Notes: generated by a model from the sequence alone, not told the origin. 11,341 nucleotides of DNA from Candidatus Eiseniibacteriota bacterium (GCA_031370645.1 JANMQV010000110.1:1-11341), one strand, 5' to 3'; counted from the stretch's first letter, positions 1 through 8,053 are shown. Numbers and translations are program-made.

Positions 1-622
1 GGAACGCGTTCCAGGTCGTGAGAAATCCGTTCACGCCGACCACCGCGAGCCCCGGGCCCGACACGGGAAGAACGATCCTCCAGAAGATCGCCGAGGCGCT
101 CAGCCCGTCCGTGCGGGCCGCCTCCTCCAACTCGGGCGACAGAGTCTGATAGTAGTGCGCCATGAAGAGGACGCCAAACGGATCAGCCAGGTGCGGCAAG
201 ATTAGCGCCGCGTACGTATCGAGGAGCCCCGCGCTCGCGAAGAGAAGATAGAGCGGGGCCAGGAGGACCTGCTTCGGAAGAATCAGAAACGCGGTGGCGA
301 GTCCGAGGAGCGCGCCGCGGCCCAAAAACCCGGAACGCGCGAGCGCATGCCCAGCCGCCGCGGCCAGGAGTACCTGAATTGGCACCGCCACCGCGGTCAC
401 GAGCACCGAATTGAACGCGAATCGCGCCATCGGGCCGCCGTTCCAGAGATCGCGATAGTGCTCCAGGGAAAACGGATGGCCGAACCAGTCCGACGGAGCG
501 ATCGGCAGGTCGCCGCCCGAGCCGAATGACACGCGCGCCATGTAGAGAAGCGGCGCGAGCGAGGCGATGGAGATCGCCCCGAGCGCGAGGTAGAGCCCCC
601 AAGCACCGTGCCGACGGCTCAT
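1..622 (-). CDS. Carbohydrate ABC transporter permease (MalG/UgpE-like), 3' end truncated by window edge
   Basis: Not in the ORF track because it has no stop in the window. Manual translation from ATG at 622: MSRRHGAWGLYLALGAISIASLAPLLYM...FSLEHYRDLW...FAFNSVLVTAVAV...GLLDTYAALILP...PELEEAARTDGLS...IFWRIVLP...FLTTWNAF. Contains the EAA-x3-G permease loop and hydrophobic segments. ATGA overlap with the upstream stop at 619-621, and GAGAGG just upstream. Confidence 0.93.
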   Translation of the reverse strand, partial: MSRRHGAWGLYLALGAISIASLAPLLYMARVSFGSGGDLPIAPSDWFGHPFSLEHYRDLWNGGPMARFAFNSVLVTAVAVPIQVLLAAAAGHALARSGFLGRGALLGLATAFLILPKQVLLAPLYLLFASAGLLDTYAALILPHLADPFGVLFMAHYYQTLSPELEEAARTDGLSASAIFWRIVLPVSGPGLAVVGVNGFLTTWNAF

Positions 623-1485
623 CGCCTCTCTCCCGCGCGTTCACCCATCACGTAACGCTGAATCACGAGCAATCCACCGACCAGGATCAGCAACAGGAAT
701 GCGAGCGCTGAGGCGTAGCCCATCTCGAAGTGGTAAAAGGCGCGATCGTAGAGGTGATAGACGAGCGTGAGCGTGCTCTCCAACGGCCCGCCGCGCGTCA
801 GCACGAACACTTCGATAAAGATCTGAAACGATCGGATCGTATTCAAGAGCACGACGAACAAGAGTACCGGCCGAAGATGCGGAAAGACGATCCGCCGCTC
901 CACGTCCCACTTCGAGAGTCCCTCCAGGCGCGCCGCTTCCAACTGATCCTCGGGAAGAGTCTTTCGTCCGGCCAGAATGAGGATGGCGTAGTAGCCGACG
1001 CTCGACCAGATATCCATGACCATGATCGAGGGGAGCGCGAGTCTCGGATCCTGGAGCCAATGCACACGCGCGAGCCCCGCGGCCGCGAGCCAGCCGTTGA
1101 AGAGCCCTTCCTCGGCGTAAAGCGACTTGAAAACGAGCGAGATTACGACCATCGATAGCGTCGCGGGAAAGAAGATCGCCGCGCGGAAGAACGTCTCGGC
1201 GCGGCGAGCGCGGGCGAGGAGCGATGCCACGAAGTAGGCGAGCGTGAGCGTCACGGGAAGCGTTCCGACCACGAACCAGCCGGTCGTACGGAGCGCGCGC
1301 CAGAACGATGGCGAGTGGAGCGCCGCGGCATAGTTCGCGAACCCGACCCAGACGGTCCGGTCGGGGCGAAGCGGATTGAAGTCCTGGAAACTGAGGGCGA
1401 GGGCGTAAGCGAGCGGCGCCACGCCGAAGAAGAGAAAGGCGAGCGCCCACGGGAGGACGCCCAGTGGGCGAGCGCCCCGCTTCAT
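619..1485 (-). CDS. Carbohydrate ABC transporter permease (MalF/UgpA-like), 288 aa
   Basis: Motifs WVGFANY, EAARLEG (EAA loop), IVFPHLRP, LTRGGP and MGYASA are typical of CUT1 sugar permeases. Multiple hydrophobic segments. Confidence 0.95.
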   Translation of the reverse strand: MKRGARPLGVLPWALAFLFFGVAPLAYALALSFQDFNPLRPDRTVWVGFANYAAALHSPSFWRALRTTGWFVVGTLPVTLTLAYFVASLLARARRAETFFRAAIFFPATLSMVVISLVFKSLYAEEGLFNGWLAAAGLARVHWLQDPRLALPSIMVMDIWSSVGYYAILILAGRKTLPEDQLEAARLEGLSKWDVERRIVFPHLRPVLLFVVLLNTIRSFQIFIEVFVLTRGGPLESTLTLVYHLYDRAFYHFEMGYASALAFLLLILVGGLLVIQRYVMGERAGERR

Positions 1486-1503
1486 GCCGCGGCGCCCCGC
1501 TTC
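1472..1503. repeat. 12-bp direct repeat (gcgccccgcttc at 1472-1483 and 1492-1503)
   Basis: Two exact copies with a 20-nt period, spanning the junction between the binding-protein and permease genes. Confidence 0.8.
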
Positions 1504-1508
1504 GTCAT
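1482..1508 (-). other. 8-codon mini-ORF (MTKRGAAA) bridging the binding-protein stop and the permease start
   Basis: ATG at 1508-1506 overlaps the TGA of the binding-protein gene (ATGA). Its own TGA at 1484-1482 overlaps the permease ATG at 1485 (ATGA). Translation is not demonstrated. Confidence 0.4.
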
Positions 1509-2764
1509 GGGCGGGCGAGCGGCTCGCCGATCAGGGCCTCGGTGATTCGCTTGTCGGCATCGGCGAGTGCCACCTCCGGCGTCTTCGTTCCGTAGATCGC
1601 CTCCTCCAATTCCGCGTTCACGATCTCTTCGATCTCGACCCACTTCGGATGGAGCGGCGGCGCGACCGCGGTCTTCAACTGCTCCAGGAAGACGCGATCG
1701 CTCGCGTGCGTCACGAAGTAGGAATCCGCCGCGGTTCCGACCGCGGCGGGGAACGCATTCCCCGTCACGAGGAAGAGCGGCATTGTGTTCTCGGGCCTGA
1801 CGAGGAATTCCGCCAACTTGCGGGCCTCCCCCGGGTGCTTCGCGCGGCGGAAGATCCCGAGCACCTCCGCCCCGGCGAAGGAGGCGTGCGTGCCGCGACC
1901 CACGGCGGGACGGGGCATGAGCGCGACGGAGGCATGAAGTCCCGGCGCCGTTTCGGCGAGCGAACGGAGGAGCCACGGCCCGCTGATCACCATCCCGAGC
2001 CGACCTTTTCCGAACGCCTGCTCGTGCATCTCCTGACGATCGAGGAGCGAGTAGGGTTTGAGCGACAGATAGAATCGGAGTGCCGCCACGTTTGCGGGAC
2101 TCGCCATGACGCTCGTGGTCATCGTCGGATCCAGGATGTCGCCGCCGTTTCCCCAGGCGAACGGCATGAACTTTTTGAAGAGAACCTCGCGCTCCCCCGC
2201 GTTCATACCGAAGCCCTTCGCATCGGGCACTCGCTCCGAGATGGCGCGGGCGGCGCGAAGGAGGTCGGCCCACGTCTCGGGCGGCTTTGCGGGATCGAGT
2301 CCGGCGCGGCGGAAGAGGTCGTCGTTCAAAAAGAGGGCGCGCGTCCCCACCATCCAGGGATACGCGTAGGCGCGGCCGCGATAGGTGGTCATGTTCCAGC
2401 CGACGAGGCTGTCGTGGAGAGCCTCGGCGCGATCGCTCAGGTCGAGGAGCGTGCTGTCGGCGACGAGACCCGGAAGAAAGGTCGAGCCGAGCTCGCAGAG
2501 ATCGGGCGGGCGTCCCGCTGCGACGGCGGTGACGATCTTCTCGCGGCCGCTCTGCCAGGTCAATTGCTCCACCTGGACTTTGACTCCCGGATTCTCCGCC
2601 TCGAATCGCGCCACGATCGGCTGGATGGCGGCGAGCGGCGAGAACTGCCAGAAGACGATCGTGAGCGGCTCGTGCGGCTTCTTCCCGCACCCCGCGACGG
2701 CGAGAGCGAGAAGCGCCACGAGCGAAACGAGTGCCGCTACCCTTTGATGGCCTGTCGCACCCAT
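1505..2764 (-). CDS. ABC transporter extracellular sugar-binding lipoprotein (family 1 SBP), 419 aa
   Basis: Hydrophobic N-terminus ending in lipobox LAVAG-C, followed by SBP-type motifs FEAENPGVKVQVE, AAGRPPDL, LFLNDDLFRRAGLDPAKPPETW and GMVISGPW. Overlaps the murQ stop by 28 nt, with AAGG upstream of the ATG. Lies next to two permeases. Confidence 0.93.
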   Translation of the reverse strand: MGATGHQRVAALVSLVALLALAVAGCGKKPHEPLTIVFWQFSPLAAIQPIVARFEAENPGVKVQVEQLTWQSGREKIVTAVAAGRPPDLCELGSTFLPGLVADSTLLDLSDRAEALHDSLVGWNMTTYRGRAYAYPWMVGTRALFLNDDLFRRAGLDPAKPPETWADLLRAARAISERVPDAKGFGMNAGEREVLFKKFMPFAWGNGGDILDPTMTTSVMASPANVAALRFYLSLKPYSLLDRQEMHEQAFGKGRLGMVISGPWLLRSLAETAPGLHASVALMPRPAVGRGTHASFAGAEVLGIFRRAKHPGEARKLAEFLVRPENTMPLFLVTGNAFPAAVGTAADSYFVTHASDRVFLEQLKTAVAPPLHPKWVEIEEIVNAELEEAIYGTKTPEVALADADKRITEALIGEPLARP

Positions 2765-3663
2765 CCCTGGGCCTTTCTGAGGCGGCGCACCGCGTCCGCG
2801 CGAGTCACATCGGCGCGGCGCATGACGATCGCCACCTTGAGAACGCCGCCCGCGCGGCGAAGGGCGGGCATCGCCTCTTCGTAACTCGCGCCGGTCGCCT
2901 CCATGAAGACGCGCTTTGTCCGCTCCTCGAGCTTCCGGCTCGCGGTGCGGAGATCGACCATCAGATTCTCATACGCCTTCCCCATCCGGATCATCGTGGC
3001 GGTGGAGAGCATGTTGAGAACGAGTTTTTGCGCCGTTCCCGCTTTCATCCGCGTCGAACCGGTCAAGATCTCGGGCCCGACGCGCGGCGCGATCACGACG
3101 TCGCACGCCAGTTTGCCGTCGGCGGCGGGGTTTGCGGTCACCGCGATTGTGACCGCTCCGATCTTTCGCCCGTAGTTGATGGCGCCGATCGGATAGGGCG
3201 TGCGGCGGCTCGCCATGATGCCGACGATGACGTCGTTCGGGCCCGCTTTCTTTTTCCGGAGTGCAATCACCGAGGCCCTGGCGTCGTCCTCCGCCCCTTC
3301 CACAGAGCGGACGAGAGCGCGGCGCCCACCGGCGATGATCCCCTGAACGAGCGTGCGCGGCGTGCCAAACGTAGGCGGACACTCGGCCGCGTCGAGGACG
3401 CCGAGGCGCCCGCTGGTTCCGGCGCCGACGTAGAAGATGCGCCCGCCCCGTTCCAGTCGGCCGACGATTAGGTCGACCGCCTTCGCGATCTTCGGCAACT
3501 CGCCGCGAATGGCTCGAGGCACGCCGGCATCCTCGTGATTCATGAGGCGGAGCACCTGGGGCGTGCTCATCTGGTCGAGACGTCGCGAGCGGGGGTTCCG
3601 CTGCTCCGTCACGAGCCTCGATAGTTCTCGAAAGATCGTCTTGCCGCTTCGGCGGTCGGTCAC
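2737..3663 (-). CDS. murQ: N-acetylmuramic acid 6-phosphate etherase, ~308 aa
   Basis: Signature motifs TEQRNP, GAGTSGRLGVLDAAECPPTFG, EGAEDD and GPEILTGSTRMKAGTAQKLVLNMLST...ENLMVDL. Both catalytic Glu-containing motifs are present. Start placed at GTG 3663 (GTGA overlap with the upstream stop at 3660-3662), which gives a normal MurQ length. Confidence 0.96.
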   Translation of the reverse strand: MTDRRSGKTIFRELSRLVTEQRNPRSRRLDQMSTPQVLRLMNHEDAGVPRAIRGELPKIAKAVDLIVGRLERGGRIFYVGAGTSGRLGVLDAAECPPTFGTPRTLVQGIIAGGRRALVRSVEGAEDDARASVIALRKKKAGPNDVIVGIMASRRTPYPIGAINYGRKIGAVTIAVTANPAADGKLACDVVIAPRVGPEILTGSTRMKAGTAQKLVLNMLSTATMIRMGKAYENLMVDLRTASRKLEERTKRVFMEATGASYEEAMPALRRAGGVLKVAIVMRRADVTRADAVRRLRKAQGWVRQAIKG

Positions 3664-6600
3664 CGGCTTCGGATCATCCGTCCATCGTGATCGGCCGTTC
3701 GACCCGTCGGATCGGTCGCGCGAATTCGGAAGAGGTAGACGCCGGTCGCCGCGATGTGACCCTTCGAGTCGCGACCGTCCCAGCAGTAGACGTTGAACCC
3801 CGCGACGCCGGGAAGCGGAATGGAAGCCACTCGCCTTCCCGCCACCGTGTAGAGCTGCAGATCGACACGACTCGCCGGCGCGCTCAACTCGTACTGAAAG
3901 ATGGAGCCGCCACACCCGGCGCCCTGACGGCGCGGATCGACGACCGCCACGCCGCGGAGCGTGAATTGCGAACTGATTTGGAACGTCGCATCGTCGAGCC
4001 CGGCCGTGCGCCCACCAACCGCCAATTGAAGGATTCGAGTGCCGGCGTGGCGATCTCCGGCGAGACTTTCGATCGCCCAGCGGCGGCCCGTGCCGTCAAG
4101 GGACGTAGGCGCGCCGGAAATAGCGACTCCGTCTAGAAGGAGCGTGAGCGAGTCGGCCGTCAACGGAATGGGCGACGTGATCTCGGCGCGCAAAAGCGCG
4201 GAGCTCTCGACGAAGACGCCGTCGATGATCTCAACACCGTTCGCGAAGTAGCGGATCGGTGTCCGCACCGAAAGCGGGAATTCCTGAACCCGGCCCGCGT
4301 AGTCGGTCGCCTGCACCAAGAGATCGTAGTTCCCCACGCGCGGGCGAATATTTCCGGTCAAGACCGCCTGCCTCGAGGTGTCGGAATAGACGACCGTGAA
4401 CAGCGTCGAGTCGAGAAGCGCCGTCGAAGAGGAACCGACGATCCGCTCCGCCATGACAAGTCGCGTCACCGCCTCCTCGTCACGAACCTTCACCTGGAGC
4501 GCCAGGCTATCGGTCGGCGAGTCGCTGGTCAGAAGCGCGCCCGATGACACCGGCGTTCCATCGAGGGTGACCTCGAAGATGCGCGGCGGGAGCGCGTCCA
4601 TCCGGAGCATCGGATCGCCGAGCAGGAGCACCGTGCGCGTCATGAGCGCCTGAAGGAAGCCGGTCGTTGCGTTCTCCACCGCGGCCTGCATCAGCACCTC
4701 GCCCAGGATCCAGCGCGCGCGACGCGTGCCACCCACATCGACGATCGACGGGGGCGTGCTGAAGAAGGCCTTCGCGATGATTCCGTTGTAGGCCGCGTTC
4801 GTTTCCAGGATTTCATAGGCGCTGCTCCCCAAGGACGCGATGGAGCCGCGATCGGGAAGGTTCAGCCAAACCTCGCCGATGGCGTCGGTGCTGTCGGGGA
4901 TCCCGTTGAAGTTGCTCGGGCCGTCGGCGAACTGATTCGCGTGGCAGCCCCAGACCATCAGGAACGAAGGTCGATTAACGTTCGCGAGGTCGTTCACGTC
5001 GGCTGGGAAGTCGCAGCGCGCAGGACCGCAGAACAGGAACTCGTGCGTGAGCAGGTATCGGTTTGCATGGCACTGGAAGTTAGTGATCAGAGAGCCCCCC
5101 GCGACCTGATTTTGGAAATCGGCGACGGCGCCGACGGAAAAGCGGAGGCCACTCTTGATGCACTCTTGATTTCGACAGTTCGGGCCGGATCCGGGGCAGG
5201 ATGGAGCGAGCGCGTCGGTGTAGGTCGCGAGCCGATACTGGAGCGGCTGAAGATCCGAACTTCCGGCATTCGCCGCGGCCGCGTCGGCGAATGCCTGATT
5301 CGTGTTCGCAAACGCAATCTCCGGCGGTGATTCGCAGTAGGTAAGCGTTCCGAAGAGCCCCACCGAGTAGGTATCGTCGGAAACTAGGAGGAGCCTACCG
5401 CGCCAAGTGTCGGTGCTCTGAAAGTCCTCATACTGGATGATCTTCGTCACCGCCTGATCCATTTCGGCCGGGCTGCTCGCCGGAATGCGGCCGAGTGCCA
5501 AGCGCGGCGCCAGATCGCCGTCGAGCGGTACCGGGTGCTCCAAGCCGAGCGTGTAGAACGAATCGTTCGCCACCAACTCGCGCCCCGACGGCCCCATAAT
5601 TTCCTCGAACTTCAAGTAGGTCGGAACCCAATCGGCGCCCGCGGTGCCGGTGGTCCCCTTGTGATCCATGCTTCCGTCACCTGAGAGGACGACGAAGAGG
5701 GGCGCCGGAGTCCAGGTGAGGTAGGCGTGGCGGAGATAACGTCGGATGGCATGCGCCGACTCGATCCCGCCGTTGTACTCGTCGTAGATGTCCTGGAGAT
5801 CGGCGACCTCGACGACGTTCCCCTGCGCGCGCCGGTAATCGGCGAGGCGAGTCGCCGACCCCGCGAACGCCGTCGGCGTGACGATGATCGCGCGGGCCAC
5901 CTTGCCCGACGGGAACGCTCCCGGCGTGCCGAGATTCGACGGCGTGTCTTCCACGATCGCGCCCCCGGCAAGCGCCGGTTCACCCCCGGTCGCGAACGCC
6001 ACGAAGGAACGAACGCCGCCCGTCGCGTCGGTGCGGAAGAGTGCTTGGAATCCGCCCCCCGACGGCGAAACCGAAACGCCCGTGATGCGCGTCGCGTCGA
6101 CGGGATCGGTCACGTCGTAGACGACGATGTTCGATCCCGTGAATCCGGTCACGGTCAGCTCGCAAATCCCGGGCGTCGTGCCGGAGTTGAACGCGAGGTA
6201 GTTCGAGCGGGCGATGAACTTCCGCGGATAGGTCACTTCGATCACGTCGAGCCACGCCGCGCTCCCAAGAATAAACGTGCTGCCGCCCGACACCTGCCGC
6301 GTGCCGACGTGGCGATAGCTGCTCGTCCCACTTCCGAGGTGATCGCTCGGAAAATTGAAGCCGCTGTCGTAGAGGAAGACCTCCTGCCCGAAGAAGGTGA
6401 ATCCGTTCGAGAGCGTGTCGGTGGCGCCGGAGGAGCCGTTCACGAACATCTGGAGGCGATGGAGCGAGCCGGTCTGCCCTTGGTAGCGGGCGCGCACGCG
6501 GTAGCTCTGCCCCGGCTCCACGTCCACGAGCGGGAGCGCCGTCGTGAAGACGTCGTTGTTGAAGTCACTATTGCCGTTCGTCCAGAAGGTGTAGGGGACA

Positions 6601-7904
6601 TTTTCGGGCGGCGTGCCACCGAAAGGATCGGGCGCGGAGAGAAGGTAATTGTCCTGCTCCATGCGAACGATGTCGTTGAACCACGTGGGGGTGACGGGCG
6701 TCGGTGTGGCGATCACGCCACTCGTCGAATCCGCGGCGATCGCGTCGGAGCCCGTCCAGGAGAGCCAGTAGGCGTTTGCGTCGGTGTAGCGATTCTCGAT
6801 CGAGCCGGTGCCCACGCGATCGCGAAGTCCGCGCGCGTAGAACGAGATGGCATCGCCCGCGTCGAAGAAGCCGTTCGAATTTGCGTCGCGCGCCGCCACC
6901 GGGATCGCCGTCGACGTCGGGAAATCTCCGGTGTCGTCGTAGCCACGCTCCCAGACGCCGATCTTCGCGATCGAGACTCCCGAAGGGAATCCCGCGGCGG
7001 CGAGCGTCGTGTAGCTCGCCGACGTCCACCCGGTCTGCGTCACGGAGATTCGGAACTCCGGATTCCCGGCCAAGAGGCGCGTCGGCTGGGGCGCGCGGGT
7101 CGGTTCGCTCGGACGGCGCGGGAAGGCGCGGGCCGCGGCGTGATTCAGAAGGAGACGATCCTGCATCCGTCGCATCGCCTCGGTATCGCTCCCGCGCCGG
7201 GACGGCGCGCGAAGCGAGAGATCGCGCCCCGTCGCGGGGGTGAATTCCACGCGGACGACAAGCCGCCGAAGCACTCGATAACTCTTGGTGGCGGGATTCC
7301 AGCGGATGGGCGCGACACGAACCGGAACGCTCCAGAGTTCTCCGAGCGGGGCGCCCGTTCCGAGCGACGCGGCCACCTCGGGGTAGGGGCGGACGCCGGC
7401 ATAGATGGCCGATTCGGGCACGTAGCGGAAGTCGCTCACCGGCCCCTTCACCGGATCGTCGGAAATGAATCGCTGTGTCACGACGGGAGCGGGCGGCAGG
7501 CCGGGCCGGTCGTCCGCTTCCTCGGATTCGATCCGAATCACGGGCGTCATTCCGTCGGGCACCGCGACCTGGATGAGATCGGTCGGAAGCGCCGGGCGTC
7601 CCGGCGGCTCGATCATGATCGTCCCCTCGACGCGCACGCGTTCGTAGCGGCTCTCGTCGACCGCGAGCGTGTCCCACGCCGCGCGTCCCGCCAGATACTC
7701 GATGCGAACGCCGCGCGTGTCCTCCGCAAGGAGCCGCACCGCCCGTGGAGAACGGCGAGCCGAACTCACGTTCGTCCCGCTCGTCGCGGCGACCGCGGAC
7801 TCCGCAAGAGAGACGCACGTGCCTACGGCAAGTGCGGCGACGGCAATCCGAATGAGGGTGGACGAACAAGTGGCGAGGGCTCGGGGACGTCTCAGGTTCG
7901 GCAT
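3660..7904 (-). CDS. Secreted C25-family cysteine peptidase (PorU/gingipain-like) with probable N-terminal propeptide and C-terminal FlgD-Ig/T9SS-CTD-like domain, ~1414 aa
   Basis: Signal-peptide-like N-terminus and a propeptide-like region (PGRPALP...VAVPDG, SAIYAGVRPYP, VRVAPIRWNP). PorU-like FRISVTQTG and GDAISFYARG...NRYTDANAYWL. C25 core motifs DIYDEYNGG, IRRYL, LSGDGSMDHK, LGRIPA, KIIQYE, WRGRLLLVSDD, NFQCH (His, codon 5067-5069), VWGCH (Cys, codon 4944-4946), GSIASLG and LLGDP. C-terminus LYTVAGRRV...WDGRDSKG...TGVYLFRIRA. Start at ATG 7904 chosen from promoter position and signal peptide. Confidence 0.88.
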   Translation of the reverse strand: MPNLRRPRALATCSSTLIRIAVAALAVGTCVSLAESAVAATSGTNVSSARRSPRAVRLLAEDTRGVRIEYLAGRAAWDTLAVDESRYERVRVEGTIMIEPPGRPALPTDLIQVAVPDGMTPVIRIESEEADDRPGLPPAPVVTQRFISDDPVKGPVSDFRYVPESAIYAGVRPYPEVAASLGTGAPLGELWSVPVRVAPIRWNPATKSYRVLRRLVVRVEFTPATGRDLSLRAPSRRGSDTEAMRRMQDRLLLNHAAARAFPRRPSEPTRAPQPTRLLAGNPEFRISVTQTGWTSASYTTLAAAGFPSGVSIAKIGVWERGYDDTGDFPTSTAIPVAARDANSNGFFDAGDAISFYARGLRDRVGTGSIENRYTDANAYWLSWTGSDAIAADSTSGVIATPTPVTPTWFNDIVRMEQDNYLLSAPDPFGGTPPENVPYTFWTNGNSDFNNDVFTTALPLVDVEPGQSYRVRARYQGQTGSLHRLQMFVNGSSGATDTLSNGFTFFGQEVFLYDSGFNFPSDHLGSGTSSYRHVGTRQVSGGSTFILGSAAWLDVIEVTYPRKFIARSNYLAFNSGTTPGICELTVTGFTGSNIVVYDVTDPVDATRITGVSVSPSGGGFQALFRTDATGGVRSFVAFATGGEPALAGGAIVEDTPSNLGTPGAFPSGKVARAIIVTPTAFAGSATRLADYRRAQGNVVEVADLQDIYDEYNGGIESAHAIRRYLRHAYLTWTPAPLFVVLSGDGSMDHKGTTGTAGADWVPTYLKFEEIMGPSGRELVANDSFYTLGLEHPVPLDGDLAPRLALGRIPASSPAEMDQAVTKIIQYEDFQSTDTWRGRLLLVSDDTYSVGLFGTLTYCESPPEIAFANTNQAFADAAAANAGSSDLQPLQYRLATYTDALAPSCPGSGPNCRNQECIKSGLRFSVGAVADFQNQVAGGSLITNFQCHANRYLLTHEFLFCGPARCDFPADVNDLANVNRPSFLMVWGCHANQFADGPSNFNGIPDSTDAIGEVWLNLPDRGSIASLGSSAYEILETNAAYNGIIAKAFFSTPPSIVDVGGTRRARWILGEVLMQAAVENATTGFLQALMTRTVLLLGDPMLRMDALPPRIFEVTLDGTPVSSGALLTSDSPTDSLALQVKVRDEEAVTRLVMAERIVGSSSTALLDSTLFTVVYSDTSRQAVLTGNIRPRVGNYDLLVQATDYAGRVQEFPLSVRTPIRYFANGVEIIDGVFVESSALLRAEITSPIPLTADSLTLLLDGVAISGAPTSLDGTGRRWAIESLAGDRHAGTRILQLAVGGRTAGLDDATFQISSQFTLRGVAVVDPRRQGAGCGGSIFQYELSAPASRVDLQLYTVAGRRVASIPLPGVAGFNVYCWDGRDSKGHIAATGVYLFRIRATDPTGRTADHDGRMIRSR

Positions 7905-7910
7905 AGGCGA

Positions 7911-7940
7911 ATTGTAGGAAGCAGCTCGAGTGGGCGTCAA
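7911..7940 (-). promoter_or_regulatory. Sigma70-type promoter for the C25-murQ-ABC operon (TTGACG-N18-TACAAT), probably giving a leaderless transcript
   Basis: Minus strand reads TTGACG (7940-7935), an 18-nt spacer, TACAAT (7916-7911), 6 nt (TCGCCT), then ATG at 7904. No Shine-Dalgarno in between. Confidence 0.7.
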
Positions 7941-7975
7941 GGCAACTCCTCCGGAAATCCAAGGGACAGCGAGGT

Positions 7976-8005
7976 TTGACACCGGTTTGGGGCGGGTGAT
8001 AGGCT
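7976..8005 (+). promoter_or_regulatory. Sigma70-type promoter for the phosphodiesterase-prenyltransferase operon (TTGACA-N18-TAGGCT with extended -10 TG)
   Basis: Perfect TTGACA at 7976-7981, TG at 7997-7998 and TAGGCT at 8000-8005. Confidence 0.65.
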
Positions 8006-8053
8006 TTTCCACACCCCGATGCGTCCACCACCCATGACATTCACGCTGAAGAC

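Noticed and set aside
1484..2884. 466-aa plus-strand ORF, and the 402-aa alternate-frame minus ORF 1482-2690
   Set aside because: Shadow ORFs of the binding-protein gene. Arg-rich, no recognisable motifs, and expected in high-GC coding DNA.
3664..3915. 84-aa N-terminal extension of MurQ in the ORF track
   Set aside because: It overlaps the C25 C-terminal domain in another frame. GTG 3663 gives a normal MurQ length and a GTGA coupling.
5727..7979. 750-aa plus-strand ORF, and the 490-aa alternate-frame minus ORF 6568-8040
   Set aside because: They overlap the well-supported C25 gene and have the composition typical of antisense or off-frame GC-rich sequence.
7905..8012. 36-aa N-terminal extension of the C25 ORF
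   Set aside because: It runs through both predicted promoters and would displace the signal peptide.
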